From: an uncultured Gammaproteobacteria bacterium
GTDB taxonomy: Bacteria > Patescibacteriota > Microgenomatia > Levybacterales > UBA12049
Length of the DNA stretch: 64,000 bases
NCBI GenBank assembly: GCA_964507055.1
Contig: CAZDOJ010000001.1
Coordinates: 977,313-1,041,312, forward strand
Direction of reading: 5' to 3'
Positions within the stretch are counted from its first letter, which is position 1; each line of letters opens with the position of its first letter. This document shows, piece after piece, positions 1 through 10,007 of the stretch. A program made the position numbers and the translations under genes. The notes below the pieces were generated by a model. The model was given only the letters and a program-made list of their open reading frames with translations, was not told the DNA's origin and ran no database searches.

Positions 1-405
1 AATGTCCCAGGGGTTCCATTTTTCAGAAAAACAGCACTTATGTTCAACGTACTCTTAGACCATATTCTTTGGCCAAGTAGTTGGTTCATTGTCACTATTG
101 CAGCAAATGTCATGGCAATAATTAATCCTGTTTATTCAAGAACGGCACTTGGATTTAGTTTGCCGCAACTCGCAGGTGCTATCCTTAATTTTGCTCTCAT
201 CGCACTACTAGCTATGCTTTATATTGATTACAAAAATAGACCCGCAAATAAGAATCTACCGATGTATAGAAAATTACTTTTCCCATTTGAATTTTTGCTT
301 ATGCCATTGGTCGGATTTTTCTTATCAGCTCTTCCTGCTTTAATATCACACACACAATTAATGTTGGGTAAACGACTTGAGTATAAAGTGACAGATAAAG
401 TCTAA
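1..405 (+). CDS. C-terminal part of a polytopic membrane protein (5'-truncated by the window edge); possibly a glycosyltransferase-associated membrane protein
   Basis: Frame 1 is open from nt 1 to the stop at 405. The 121-aa ORF track entry is hydrophobic with several predicted TM helices. No family motif recognised. Confidence 0.45.
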   Translation, partial: NVPGVPFFRKTALMFNVLLDHILWPSSWFIVTIAANVMAIINPVYSRTALGFSLPQLAGAILNFALIALLAMLYIDYKNRPANKNLPMYRKLLFPFEFLLMPLVGFFLSALPALISHTQLMLGKRLEYKVTDKV

Positions 406-473
406 CTCCATTCTCTCCCAAATTACTAATTGAACTCTGAGGCAATAAAGTAGAAAATAGATATAGGTATTTT

Positions 474-1970
474 ATGAAATTTCTCTCTAACTTAGAAAAG
501 AATAAAACATTCTGGTCAATTTTTTCACTATGTATTATTTTTTTCATACTTCGTTTGCCATCACTCATCGAACCACATTGGTACGGTGATGAAGGGATAT
601 ATCAAGTTATTGGGCAAGCACTTCACCAAGGTCAATTGTTGTATAAAGATATTTGGGATAACAAACCACCACTACTGTATGTATTCTATGCTTTTGCAAA
701 TGGTGATCAAGCAACGATGCGATTACTTTCAATGATAGCAGGACTTGTATCTGTACCACTGTTCTTTTTTTTAACCCAAAGATTATTCCAATCGCATAAA
801 ATAAGTACTATCGCTACTACAGTTTACGTTATTCTCTTTGGTTCCCCTTTCCTTGAGGGAAATATCGCAAACGCTGAAAACTTTATACTTCCTCTCACAA
901 TTTTTTCTGGTCTTCTTATATATTCTTCGACAAACACTCATGACAATTTAAAATTAAACACAAACAAAAGAGTTATATTTTTTGTAAGCGGACTCTTACT
1001 GGGAATAGCGTTTCTCTTCAAAATTGTCGCAATTTTTGATGCCATAGCCTTTACGCTTTTTCTTCTTTTTCTTGCCGTTCCCAAACTTTCAAAGCGATCG
1101 TTGAAACTTGCAACAATATCAATTCTTCCATTACTGATTGGATTCCTCGTACCATTTGTCTTTTCGATAATCTATTTTTCAATGCACGGAATACTCGCTG
1201 AATACTTATCTAGTGCTTTCTCACGTAATATTGACTATGTGGGTTTTGAAAACTATCTATTTGGAGTACCTCAAGGATTACTCATAGTAAAAATATTCTT
1301 GTTAATTGGAGCGACAATACTTATTTTTATAAATCGTCGTTTGTTTCATAAGCCAACTCTTTTTCTTTTATTGTGGACTACTTTTGCATTGTTTAGTGCA
1401 AATTTCTCAGGCAGACCATATACTCATTATTTGCTCGTTCTCTTACCGACTTTCTGTCTCTTTATTGCTTACTTAATCCAAGCAAAGAAACGACGTGAAC
1501 AGAAGCTTGCAGTCCTGGTAGTTCTTGGAATGAGTATTATCTTCTCATTAACTTTTCCACTCTATGGCGTAGGAAAAACATTTGCATATTATCAAAATGC
1601 AGTTTCGTTTTTAACTAATACGAGAGACCTACGATCATATCAATCATTTTTTGATCCAGAGACACCAAGAGACTATGCCATTGCTTCATTTCTCAAAGCG
1701 AATACAAATGAAAAAGACAGAATTTTCATCTGGGGAGATAGTGCACAAATATATGCTATGTCGGAGAAACTTCCTCCATATAAATATGCAGTGGCATATC
1801 ATGTTATACAAAGTCCGCAGCTATTGCATGAAACACAACAAGCAATTGATACTGTCAAGCCCAAATATATAATAGTACTCCCAGAAACCCAGCCCTTGCT
1901 GTTTAGCGTGCCACTTTATATAATTCGATTTAATATAGAAGGGGCTATTATTTATGAACGGAGCATTTAA
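474..1970 (+). CDS. GT-C superfamily glycosyltransferase (ArnT/PMT-like, dolichyl/undecaprenyl-phosphate-sugar dependent)
   Basis: 498 aa with more than 10 TM helices. First periplasmic loop carries HWYGDEGIY...DNKPPLLY, the acidic DE-type motif typical of GT39/GT83 enzymes. Confidence 0.7.
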   Translation: MKFLSNLEKNKTFWSIFSLCIIFFILRLPSLIEPHWYGDEGIYQVIGQALHQGQLLYKDIWDNKPPLLYVFYAFANGDQATMRLLSMIAGLVSVPLFFFLTQRLFQSHKISTIATTVYVILFGSPFLEGNIANAENFILPLTIFSGLLIYSSTNTHDNLKLNTNKRVIFFVSGLLLGIAFLFKIVAIFDAIAFTLFLLFLAVPKLSKRSLKLATISILPLLIGFLVPFVFSIIYFSMHGILAEYLSSAFSRNIDYVGFENYLFGVPQGLLIVKIFLLIGATILIFINRRLFHKPTLFLLLWTTFALFSANFSGRPYTHYLLVLLPTFCLFIAYLIQAKKRREQKLAVLVVLGMSIIFSLTFPLYGVGKTFAYYQNAVSFLTNTRDLRSYQSFFDPETPRDYAIASFLKANTNEKDRIFIWGDSAQIYAMSEKLPPYKYAVAYHVIQSPQLLHETQQAIDTVKPKYIIVLPETQPLLFSVPLYIIRFNIEGAIIYERSI

Positions 1971-2307
1971 AAAAGTTCAGGCGGACAAAATCATTCGTGT
2001 TGCAATGGGTATTTCACTCGGCTTAGTCGTCATGCATGCGTTGTATATTGCCATTCACTTCCTATCACTTCCACCAGTCCTACCACTTTATAATCAAATG
2101 CCATGGGGAGAAACACGACTAGGGTCAAAGTTTGAAATATTCATCCCACTTATAATTACATTTTCATTCTTTCTTTTTAACTACTTTCTTTTGGCTAAAC
2201 TGTATACAGCAATGCCTCTGGTCTCTCGTATATTGGGAATTACATCGTTACTCGTTTCAGTTTTATCAATTATATTTATAATCAGGACGCTACAGCTTAT
2301 TTTATAA
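1954..2307 (+). CDS. small integral membrane protein (GtrA-like?)
   Basis: 117 aa with 3-4 TM helices, between GT-C and WecA-like genes. Start overlaps the upstream stop. Confidence 0.45.
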   Translation: MNGAFKKVQADKIIRVAMGISLGLVVMHALYIAIHFLSLPPVLPLYNQMPWGETRLGSKFEIFIPLIITFSFFLFNYFLLAKLYTAMPLVSRILGITSLLVSVLSIIFIIRTLQLIL

Positions 2308-3413
2308 TGACTACTGTACCAGACATAACAACATTTGCAATTTTACCCTTCATTGCAGCTCTTATAATTACTGCATCTTTGACATTTGTAGCAATACACC
2401 TATCCAAAAAACTTGGCTTAATCGATGATCCTAAATTACATAAACATCCAGGAATAATACATACAAAACCAATACCAAGAGGCGGAGGTCTCCCACTTTT
2501 TTTTGGAGCCCTTTTTGCAAGCTTACTATTCATACCTTTCAATGGCATGATGAGTGCTGTTTTTTTTGCAGCATTTCTTGCATTATCTGTCGGTATCATT
2601 GATGACAAACTCAACGCACAATCGAAAGATGTCTCGCCATACATTCGCTTTCTTGTAAACATAGTTACAGCAATTATTGTTGTTGCGAGTGGCGTAACAA
2701 TACACTTTATTACGAATCCTTTTGGTCCGGGAGTTCTTCAACTCGATGCAATTTCATTTGGATTACCATTCTTGCCATTCTCACTTTTACTTTCTGATAT
2801 AGTTTCGATTATTTGGTTGATATGGGTTATGAATATGATTAATTGGAGTAAAGGAGTTGATGGACAGATGCCAGGAGTAGTCGCAATATCAGCTATCGTC
2901 ATTGGTATACTTAGTCTAAAACTTAATTCTACGGGCGATGGTAGCTTTATAGATGCTCAACTCTCGTTCGTTATCGCTGGATGTGCGATAGGATTTTTAT
3001 TATTTAATTTTTATCCAGCAAAGATATTTCCTGGATATGGAGCTACTGCTTTATATCTTCTCCTTGGGGTAGCATCGATCTTGACCAGTGCGAAACTCGC
3101 AACTGCAATTCTTGTTATGGGTGTGCCGATGGTCGATGCATTATTTATCATAATACGCAGAATTTTAAATAAAAAATCTCCTTTCCAGGGTGACAAAAAA
3201 CATCTCCACCATATTCTGTTGAAATTAGGGTATAATCAAAGACAGGTCGCATTGTATTACTGGTGCTTCTCTGCTATATTAGGGCTAATTGCTCTCGGTT
3301 TGGAAAGTAAAAGTAAAATCTTTGCAATTATTATGGTAATAGCAATTACAGGCGGGGCTTTACTCTTTTTACACAGGATTACAAAAACAAAAAATGAAGA
3401 AATCACTTCGTAA
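2307..3413 (+). CDS. MraY/WecA-family polyprenyl-phosphate N-acetylhexosamine-1-phosphate transferase
   Basis: 368 aa polytopic. Motifs IIDDKLN and NMINWSKGVDG (N-x-x-N-x-x-DG-DGL-type) typical of the GT4 MraY/WecA family. Confidence 0.8.
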   Translation: MTTVPDITTFAILPFIAALIITASLTFVAIHLSKKLGLIDDPKLHKHPGIIHTKPIPRGGGLPLFFGALFASLLFIPFNGMMSAVFFAAFLALSVGIIDDKLNAQSKDVSPYIRFLVNIVTAIIVVASGVTIHFITNPFGPGVLQLDAISFGLPFLPFSLLLSDIVSIIWLIWVMNMINWSKGVDGQMPGVVAISAIVIGILSLKLNSTGDGSFIDAQLSFVIAGCAIGFLLFNFYPAKIFPGYGATALYLLLGVASILTSAKLATAILVMGVPMVDALFIIIRRILNKKSPFQGDKKHLHHILLKLGYNQRQVALYYWCFSAILGLIALGLESKSKIFAIIMVIAITGGALLFLHRITKTKNEEITS

Positions 3414-4329
3414 TATTTTCCGTCTGCTCCGTCCACGTCAGTGGATAAAAAACTTTGCAATTTTTGCAGCTCTCCTCTTTAGTGGCCAACTTTTCGATAT
3501 AACACTCATTCAAAAAGTATCAGAAGGATTTTTAATCTTCTGTGCCATATCGAGTGCTATCTATGTCATCAATGATATTCTCGATGTAGAGAAAGACAAA
3601 CTTCATCCTTTCAAGAAATTCCGACCAATTGCGAACGGTGATGTATCAGTAAGAACAGCAATCATTGTCGCAACGATACTTGCAGCAGGATCAATTATAG
3701 CAAGTTACTTTATTGATCCTGCATTCTTTATTATCACAATTATCTATTTTGTTTTACAACTTGGATATTCAGCATATTTGAAGCACATCGAAATTGTCGA
3801 TATTCTTACGCTTGCTGCAGGATATATTCTTAGGGTGTTTGCCGGTGAAATCGTAACTGATACACATATTTCTGCTTGGCTTTTCCTTACCGTTATTTCA
3901 TTGTCACTTTTTCTTGCTATTGGAAAACGCCGCTCTGAAATTACGTTGCTATCACATCAGCCAGGACCACAACTTGCTACACGAAAAACACTTTCTCACT
4001 ACACTGATAAACTCTTAGATATTTATCTTTCAATCTTCGCGACTTCAACATTTATTTCGTACGCATTGTTTACCTTCCTTGAGAATCCTGCGGGCTTACA
4101 ATTTGCATTTGATATTATTCCAGCTGATATTCTTGGCACATACTTACAACGAAAATGGCTTATGATTACAATCATTCCAGTCGCATATGGACTCATGCGG
4201 TATTTACAGAGGATTTACGAAAAACATGAAGGAGAAAGTCCGGAGAGGTTATTGTTCTCTGATCGTCCGCTTCTAATTTCAGTAATTTTTTGGGTAATTC
4301 TTGTCGTTATTCTTACTTATACTCTCTAA
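3394..4329 (+). CDS. UbiA-superfamily prenyltransferase, decaprenyl-phosphate phosphoribosyltransferase (DPPR synthase)-like
   Basis: N-terminal RPRQWIKNFAIFAALLF and the Asp-rich motif YVINDILDVEKDK. 8-9 TM helices. Resembles the UbiA family that makes polyprenyl-P-ribose. Confidence 0.7.
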   Translation: MKKSLRNIFRLLRPRQWIKNFAIFAALLFSGQLFDITLIQKVSEGFLIFCAISSAIYVINDILDVEKDKLHPFKKFRPIANGDVSVRTAIIVATILAAGSIIASYFIDPAFFIITIIYFVLQLGYSAYLKHIEIVDILTLAAGYILRVFAGEIVTDTHISAWLFLTVISLSLFLAIGKRRSEITLLSHQPGPQLATRKTLSHYTDKLLDIYLSIFATSTFISYALFTFLENPAGLQFAFDIIPADILGTYLQRKWLMITIIPVAYGLMRYLQRIYEKHEGESPERLLFSDRPLLISVIFWVILVVILTYTL

Positions 4330-4333
4330 TATA

Positions 4334-5200
4334 TTATTCTTCTTTACTTGCATACTCAGAACTTATCCATCCTTTGGTTCCATCATCAAGTGTAATTTCA
4401 TACCAACCTTCTTGCTCGGTCGTTAAAGGATATGATTGCCCTGGAGAAACTCTTCCTACCTCCGCACCAGTAGTCGATGCAGTTGCACGAACTCTTAGGA
4501 ACCCTGTAGGGGTATCCTGGATCTTTACACGCTGCTGAGCAACAGTAGGGGTTGGTGATGTTAAAGATGCAGAATCAGATGCTGGCTGAGGCAGTGTACC
4601 GCTTGTGCTTAAGTATGCGGTAACAGTCAATTTATATCCTCTTGGTGTTCGAATCCTTACTTCTTTTTCTGAATAACCTTCTTTTCTAATTTTCAGCACA
4701 TGGTCAGACTCAGTAGGATCTTTATAGTGAAGAGGGGTTGTGCCAATCAATGAGTCGTCGAGCAATACTTCTGATCCCTGAGGAAAGGATGCTACAAGTA
4801 ACTCAGTCTTTTGTTTGTCCGCAAGCGGAGAAAGTGAGATAATACTTCCTTCAGAGAGAGCATTTTTACCAAACTTTCTATCTACCACCGTAAGTACTGC
4901 TTGAGAGATAGTTACTTTTTCTTGAAATTCTCGGAGATTGGTATCAAGAGGTACAAGTCGAATTGTATACTCTCCAGCAGATAACATATCTGCTGCTTCA
5001 CACTTACAAAGTGGTGTTTGTCCCAAATATTTATTGTTGAGATATACTTTACTTTCAGGGCTTGAGGTTACCTGCAATGCCCCTTTTTGTGCATTGAGAG
5101 AGAAGTAATACTGTACAGCAAAGTATAATGCTAGAGCGAGCACTAATGAGGCTGTAAATACAATTAAAACTTTCTTCATGAAGCGTTGTTCTGGGTACAA
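4334..5200 (-). CDS. secreted PEGA-like plus SH3b-domain protein
   Basis: N-terminal signal/TM. PEGA-like segment (SSPESKVYLNNKYLGQTPL). C-terminal bacterial SH3 motif (GFLRVRA...GWYEITLDDGTKGWISSEY). Confidence 0.55.
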   Translation of the reverse strand: MYPEQRFMKKVLIVFTASLVLALALYFAVQYYFSLNAQKGALQVTSSPESKVYLNNKYLGQTPLCKCEAADMLSAGEYTIRLVPLDTNLREFQEKVTISQAVLTVVDRKFGKNALSEGSIISLSPLADKQKTELLVASFPQGSEVLLDDSLIGTTPLHYKDPTESDHVLKIRKEGYSEKEVRIRTPRGYKLTVTAYLSTSGTLPQPASDSASLTSPTPTVAQQRVKIQDTPTGFLRVRATASTTGAEVGRVSPGQSYPLTTEQEGWYEITLDDGTKGWISSEYASKEE

Positions 5201-5277
5201 TTCATATTATCATGTGGTACTAAGAATGACAAACTTTAACAGATTGTATCAGGCACATCTATATGCCATAATTCCTT

Positions 5278-6159
5278 ATGTGGTTTTTCTTTGCTTTAGC
5301 TTCGGCAATTATTTATTCTTTTCGTGGCGTTCTTGAGAAGAGAATAATTGGTAATACAAATCGCTATGTCCTGGGATTTGCGGTACGTCTTTTTGCACTA
5401 CCCTTTTTTTTTATTCCTCTTTTTCTTTTTCCAGATAAAGTAATTCCTATTCAAAATTTATCTTTCGAGTTTTGGTTTGCAATTGCATTTATAGCTTTTA
5501 TTTGTACACCATTAGAAACAGTCTTCTATTATAAAGCGTTAAAGGAAGAAGAAGTTTCATTTGTCCTTCCTCTTTTAAGTTTGGCGCCTGTTATCACACT
5601 TGCATGTAGTGCGTTATTTCTTCGCGAGTTTCCAAATATATTTGGAATTATTGGTGTTCTTCTCATTATTCTTGGGATTTACACACTGAAGCTTAATCAC
5701 GCACGAGAAGGGATTATGCAACCTTTTCGCCATATTAAAAATAACAAAGGAGCACAAATGATGACTATTGTATTTCTTTCCTTAGGTATTGGTAGTGTAA
5801 TTGATAAAGTGGGAGTTTCAAATTCAAATGCTTATGTATTTGCATTGGTTAATTACATTGGTGTTTCGACGACGCTTTTCTTTATCACAGTAATTAAAGC
5901 ACGAAAACATCTTCGAGAACTACAAACATATTGGAAACAATTTTTATTACTTGGAGCAGTTGTCGCAGGATATACTTTATTGTATGTGCTTGCACTTGAA
6001 GAAAGTTTTGCGTCTTACGCAATCGCTATTAGAAATGCAAGTATTATATTCACGATCGTTTTAGGCTATTTATTCTTTAAAGAGAAAGATATAAAACAGA
6101 AGATACTGGCGGCAGTAATTATTGCTGCAGGGCTGGTATTTATTAAAATCTTGGGATAA
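5278..6159 (+). CDS. EamA/DMT-family transporter
   Basis: 293 aa, about 10 TM helices in two repeated halves. Confidence 0.7.
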   Translation: MWFFFALASAIIYSFRGVLEKRIIGNTNRYVLGFAVRLFALPFFFIPLFLFPDKVIPIQNLSFEFWFAIAFIAFICTPLETVFYYKALKEEEVSFVLPLLSLAPVITLACSALFLREFPNIFGIIGVLLIILGIYTLKLNHAREGIMQPFRHIKNNKGAQMMTIVFLSLGIGSVIDKVGVSNSNAYVFALVNYIGVSTTLFFITVIKARKHLRELQTYWKQFLLLGAVVAGYTLLYVLALEESFASYAIAIRNASIIFTIVLGYLFFKEKDIKQKILAAVIIAAGLVFIKILG

Positions 6160-6162
6160 GAA

Positions 6163-7680
6163 CTAAACTTCTTTAAATCGTTTTTGTACAAATGATTTGT
6201 CTAATGAAAGAATTAACCAGGCAGCTTTTGGTCCATGGTTTTTCCCAATCAGTGCTGAATAAATTGCAGCAAATGTTTCTTTACCATTAAGCCCCAATGT
6301 TTTACCAAGTTCATAGATTTGTGTTTGTAGTGCTTCAGCATCCCAATCTTTTTGTAATTCGTCAGCAACTTTATGCAATAATTCTTTTTGTTTTTCTGAT
6401 AATGTTTTTACTTCATCAGGTAAAGCATCTCGCACCAAGAATTTATCAGACTCTGAAGCATACTGCTCAATCCAAACTTTCGCATATTTCGCCCATTCTT
6501 CAAGACCTTCTTTTTTAATTTTACTTCGCATATTTGGCATTTGCACCCATTGAGCCAGAGCTGAGAATCGAACTGCTGGTGGCTTTTGAGCAGTATTAAT
6601 TTGTGATAATTCAAAAACCCTTGCAAGATCTTCATCTCCCTTATTAAAGAAAGCTTCAGCCGCTTTTTGATAGTCATCAAATAATTTAGGAATAGTCTCA
6701 CCTTCGGGATCAAAATTAATTGCTTGGTTCATTCTTGTTCGAACCATTAAGAAGCGAAGTAATTCTGGAGGTAAAATCTCAAGCATTTCAGCAGCACTTG
6801 AACCCAAACCTTTTGATGATGACATCTTCTTCCCTCCTATCAGAAAGAATTCGTAAGGCAATGCATAAGGCACTTTATAATTAAAAACTCTTTCTGCAAC
6901 TAACGAAGTTAGGTCATGAGATCCACCTCGGCTCATATGATCTTTCCCAGCACCTTCGACAGTAACACCTAAGACTTTCCATTTAGCAGACCATTCTATT
7001 TTCCAAGGAAGTTTTCCCGCTATCCCTTTTTCAGTACTGAATGGTGAAACTTTCTCTGTTATACCGCATCCCTTTGTCCATTTAACTTGATCAACATTAC
7101 ATGTAAAAGTCACTAATTCACCATCCCAGTCTGTAACCTTCGTTGTTGCAACTTTTCCACAACCAGTACAATAAACTTGAAATGGATACCAATTATTAGG
7201 AAGTGGTTTCTTATACATCTCTTCATAAATTCCTCGTATCGTTTTTGCATTATCTAGTGCTTCTTTAATCACAGGATTCATTTTTCCACTCGTATAAAGA
7301 TCTGTTGACCAAATTATTTCAGGGAAGCAACCAATTGCATTAAATACTTTTATGAAATCTTTTGCGTAGTATTCAGCATAATTTTTGAAACCTTTTTCAG
7401 GTGATGGAACTTTATAAAGAGGCAATCCCATGTATTTTTGATATTCCTCCTGAGGTAAATAGACTGGTAACCCATCCATAGGATCGTGATTATCAAAAAT
7501 GTATGTATATTTTGTTTTGACACCCAAATCCTTAAGCGTTCTAAAAACTAATTCATGTACAACAACACCACGGAGCGAACCGACATGAATTTTGCCAGAA
7601 GGTGTCTTCATATCATCCACCCATTCAAGAGGCAAGTTTCTTTTCTTTAATTCTTTTGCAACTTCATCAGCCCAAAACAT
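6163..7680 (-). CDS. lysK: lysyl-tRNA synthetase, class I (archaeal type)
   Basis: HVGSLRG (HIGH-like) near the N-terminus, KMSSSKG (KMSKS) motif, and CxxC...CxxC zinc knuckle. Matches class I LysRS architecture. Confidence 0.85.
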   Translation of the reverse strand: MFWADEVAKELKKRNLPLEWVDDMKTPSGKIHVGSLRGVVVHELVFRTLKDLGVKTKYTYIFDNHDPMDGLPVYLPQEEYQKYMGLPLYKVPSPEKGFKNYAEYYAKDFIKVFNAIGCFPEIIWSTDLYTSGKMNPVIKEALDNAKTIRGIYEEMYKKPLPNNWYPFQVYCTGCGKVATTKVTDWDGELVTFTCNVDQVKWTKGCGITEKVSPFSTEKGIAGKLPWKIEWSAKWKVLGVTVEGAGKDHMSRGGSHDLTSLVAERVFNYKVPYALPYEFFLIGGKKMSSSKGLGSSAAEMLEILPPELLRFLMVRTRMNQAINFDPEGETIPKLFDDYQKAAEAFFNKGDEDLARVFELSQINTAQKPPAVRFSALAQWVQMPNMRSKIKKEGLEEWAKYAKVWIEQYASESDKFLVRDALPDEVKTLSEKQKELLHKVADELQKDWDAEALQTQIYELGKTLGLNGKETFAAIYSALIGKNHGPKAAWLILSLDKSFVQKRFKEV

Positions 7681-7710
7681 AAGCTCTATTATACACCCTT
7701 CTTGGTATTA

Positions 7711-8862
7711 TCACCCAACTTTTTGGCCACTTTCTATAACACTTTTAATACGTGTACCCGCAGAATTTCGAAACACTTCAATTTCATCTGTTGTATACCT
7801 GGGTTCAAATTGCGGACTCCTCCTAAGAGTTATACCAGCTGCTTCCATTCCTCCAGAATGAGAATAGAGAATGGGAGACTTTACTACTTCTAATAATCCT
7901 TCTTCCCCAATATGCATAAAGTCTCGAGATGCTGGTTGCGGTTTCAATGGATAATGAGAACCATTGGCATCAATACCTCTTTGTACCTCTGATATATTGC
8001 GGCCGAAGACTGTATATCCAAGATGCTGTGCATCCAGAACTGTTGAAACAAGTGCAATATTATTTGACACCGTTAATTCACTAGGAGAGATATCAAATAC
8101 TACTTTATAGCCATACGGTTCTACATGTTGCGGCCGGACGTCAATTCTGTCGGGATCATGTTCTGTATTTAATAAAATCCCTTGAATATATGATTTCATA
8201 AACAGGGCAAGCAAAGAATAATATTCAGGTCCCATTGATTGTTGTTCTGCTTCCAAATGTGCTGTTTTTGTTCTTCCATCAACAATTGATTGCGTGTTTA
8301 TATTTCCAAAATTAGCATGTGGTAGTGGCACAGATCGAGGCATTTTAAGATGAGGGCGATAAACATCTGGTGTAAGATGTTCAATAACAATTGGCTTGTC
8401 ATAATCTCCTGCAGAAGTATGCGATACTTGAAGGCCTCCGAGTTTTGCTCCGACATATGCAAGCTTAGTTTCATCAAGAAGCTGTGTCGGATATATGGTC
8501 GGAACTTTTGAATCCTTATGCTGATGTAATTCTTCAGGCGTTAACTCTGGCATACTTGTTGCGACAATCAAACCACCTCTTTCCCAATACCCTGCAGGTG
8601 TACCAACAACAGAAACACGTCCATCTGTTAAGCGTGATAACGCATGTATCTTTGTAGTACTTGGTCTATCGACAACATTTCCAAAAAATTCATTTTCAAG
8701 ATGACCTCGTGTTTCGTTTCTTGAAACAACCGCACTATTGTTGGCTGCATCGCTTTGACGAGTACCAAGACCTAATTCTGCACGACCGGGATGAATGTGT
8801 ACCTGAGATACACCTTCTGGCAAAATTCTTTTTGAGACTCCTGATTCGATAAGTAATGACAT
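7711..8862 (-). CDS. conserved hypothetical protein
   Basis: 383-aa ORF with a compositionally normal protein. An HIHPGR motif lies near the N-terminus. No family assignment can be supported. Confidence 0.55.
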   Translation of the reverse strand: MSLLIESGVSKRILPEGVSQVHIHPGRAELGLGTRQSDAANNSAVVSRNETRGHLENEFFGNVVDRPSTTKIHALSRLTDGRVSVVGTPAGYWERGGLIVATSMPELTPEELHQHKDSKVPTIYPTQLLDETKLAYVGAKLGGLQVSHTSAGDYDKPIVIEHLTPDVYRPHLKMPRSVPLPHANFGNINTQSIVDGRTKTAHLEAEQQSMGPEYYSLLALFMKSYIQGILLNTEHDPDRIDVRPQHVEPYGYKVVFDISPSELTVSNNIALVSTVLDAQHLGYTVFGRNISEVQRGIDANGSHYPLKPQPASRDFMHIGEEGLLEVVKSPILYSHSGGMEAAGITLRRSPQFEPRYTTDEIEVFRNSAGTRIKSVIESGQKVG

Positions 8863-8872
8863 AGTTTCTCCA

Positions 8873-8898
8873 CAAAAAAACCCCTCATGTGAGGGGTA
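8873..8898 (-). terminator. intrinsic terminator downstream of murB
   Basis: CCCCTCATGTGAGGGG forms a 6-bp GC stem with a 4-nt loop, preceded on the + strand by AAAAAAA (a U-run on the minus strand). Confidence 0.6.
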
Positions 8899-9001
8899 GT
8901 CTTAATGCTTGCAACATAAAGATTCCCTCAAAAGAGAGGTTTCTTTGTTGTCTTAGCAATAATAGTTACGAATTTCATATTGTAGAGGTATTTTAGCAAA
9001 A

Positions 9002-9967
9002 CTATTGTACAATCTCAACTTCCACTTCTGGCTCAAAACCAAAAGTTTTTTTACAGGTATTTTTAATGTGTTTAATTATTTCTAAAACATCCTGTGCTTT
9101 TGCACCTCCAAGGTTTACGATGAACAAAGCATGTTTTTCGGAAACCTGAGCATTACCCACTCGATATCCTTTGAGTCCAAACTTTTCAATAAGGCTTGCC
9201 ATAGCAACTTTACCATACCATTTCTTTTCTACATTTTCTTTAAATTCTGGGAAAACTGATAAGACTTTTTCGATCTCTTCAGGTTTTCTAAGATTTTTAA
9301 AGACTGACCCACAATTAGGATATTCGAGCGGATGACGATCTTTTCGGCTTTGCTTATTTTTTTCTGCTGTTAGTTTTGCTTCTGAAAATTCTTCTTCAGT
9401 TGCTTTTTTTAGACCAAATGTTGCAGTAACTACAACCATTTCTTTTTTGGATTTAACGACACTTCCTCGATAAACAAATTGTAATTCTTCATTCGTTAAG
9501 GTTTTTAACTCTGGTGTTTCTCCGGTATAATCAATTACTTCTGCACGAATTAAACTGTCTTTGATTTCACCACCATATGCCCCAACATTACCTCGTACTG
9601 CTGCTCCAACTGTACCGGGAAGTCCACCTGCCCATTCAAGCCCGATGAGGTGATTATCGAATGCATAATCTATAACCTCTCCTAAAACTATTCCCGCAAA
9701 AGCGGTAACTTCACTTCCTGAGACTTGCAATGTACTTTCTCCTGGTGTTGAAATAATCTGAATTACTGCACCATCGAAATAATCATCGGAGAAAATAAGA
9801 TTTGTCCCTTGACCACATATAAAAACCTTCTTAGGTTTCTTTGCTTTAATAAACGATAATGCCTCCTCTAAATCTTTCCTATTTTTACATTCAAGGAAAT
9901 ATTTTGCTTTACCACCAATTTTATACCAAAGGACTTCTGCTAAGGAAAAATCTTCATGAATTTGCAT
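9002..9967 (-). CDS. murB: UDP-N-acetylenolpyruvoylglucosamine reductase
   Basis: FAD-binding PCMH-domain pattern ...GQGTNLIF... and GLEWAGGLPGTVGAAVRGNVGAYGGE. Confidence 0.85.
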   Translation of the reverse strand: MQIHEDFSLAEVLWYKIGGKAKYFLECKNRKDLEEALSFIKAKKPKKVFICGQGTNLIFSDDYFDGAVIQIISTPGESTLQVSGSEVTAFAGIVLGEVIDYAFDNHLIGLEWAGGLPGTVGAAVRGNVGAYGGEIKDSLIRAEVIDYTGETPELKTLTNEELQFVYRGSVVKSKKEMVVVTATFGLKKATEEEFSEAKLTAEKNKQSRKDRHPLEYPNCGSVFKNLRKPEEIEKVLSVFPEFKENVEKKWYGKVAMASLIEKFGLKGYRVGNAQVSEKHALFIVNLGGAKAQDVLEIIKHIKNTCKKTFGFEPEVEVEIVQ

Positions 9968-10007
9968 GATGGAGTTATTGTAGAGAAAATTTCGTTAAGA
10001 AGCAATC

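Noticed and set aside
7711-8862. Considered annotating as RNA ligase RtcB because of the HIHPGR motif
   Set aside because: The motif is N-terminal here, whereas RtcB's His-containing guanylylation motif is near the C-terminus. The rest of the sequence does not resemble RtcB from memory. Left as conserved hypothetical.
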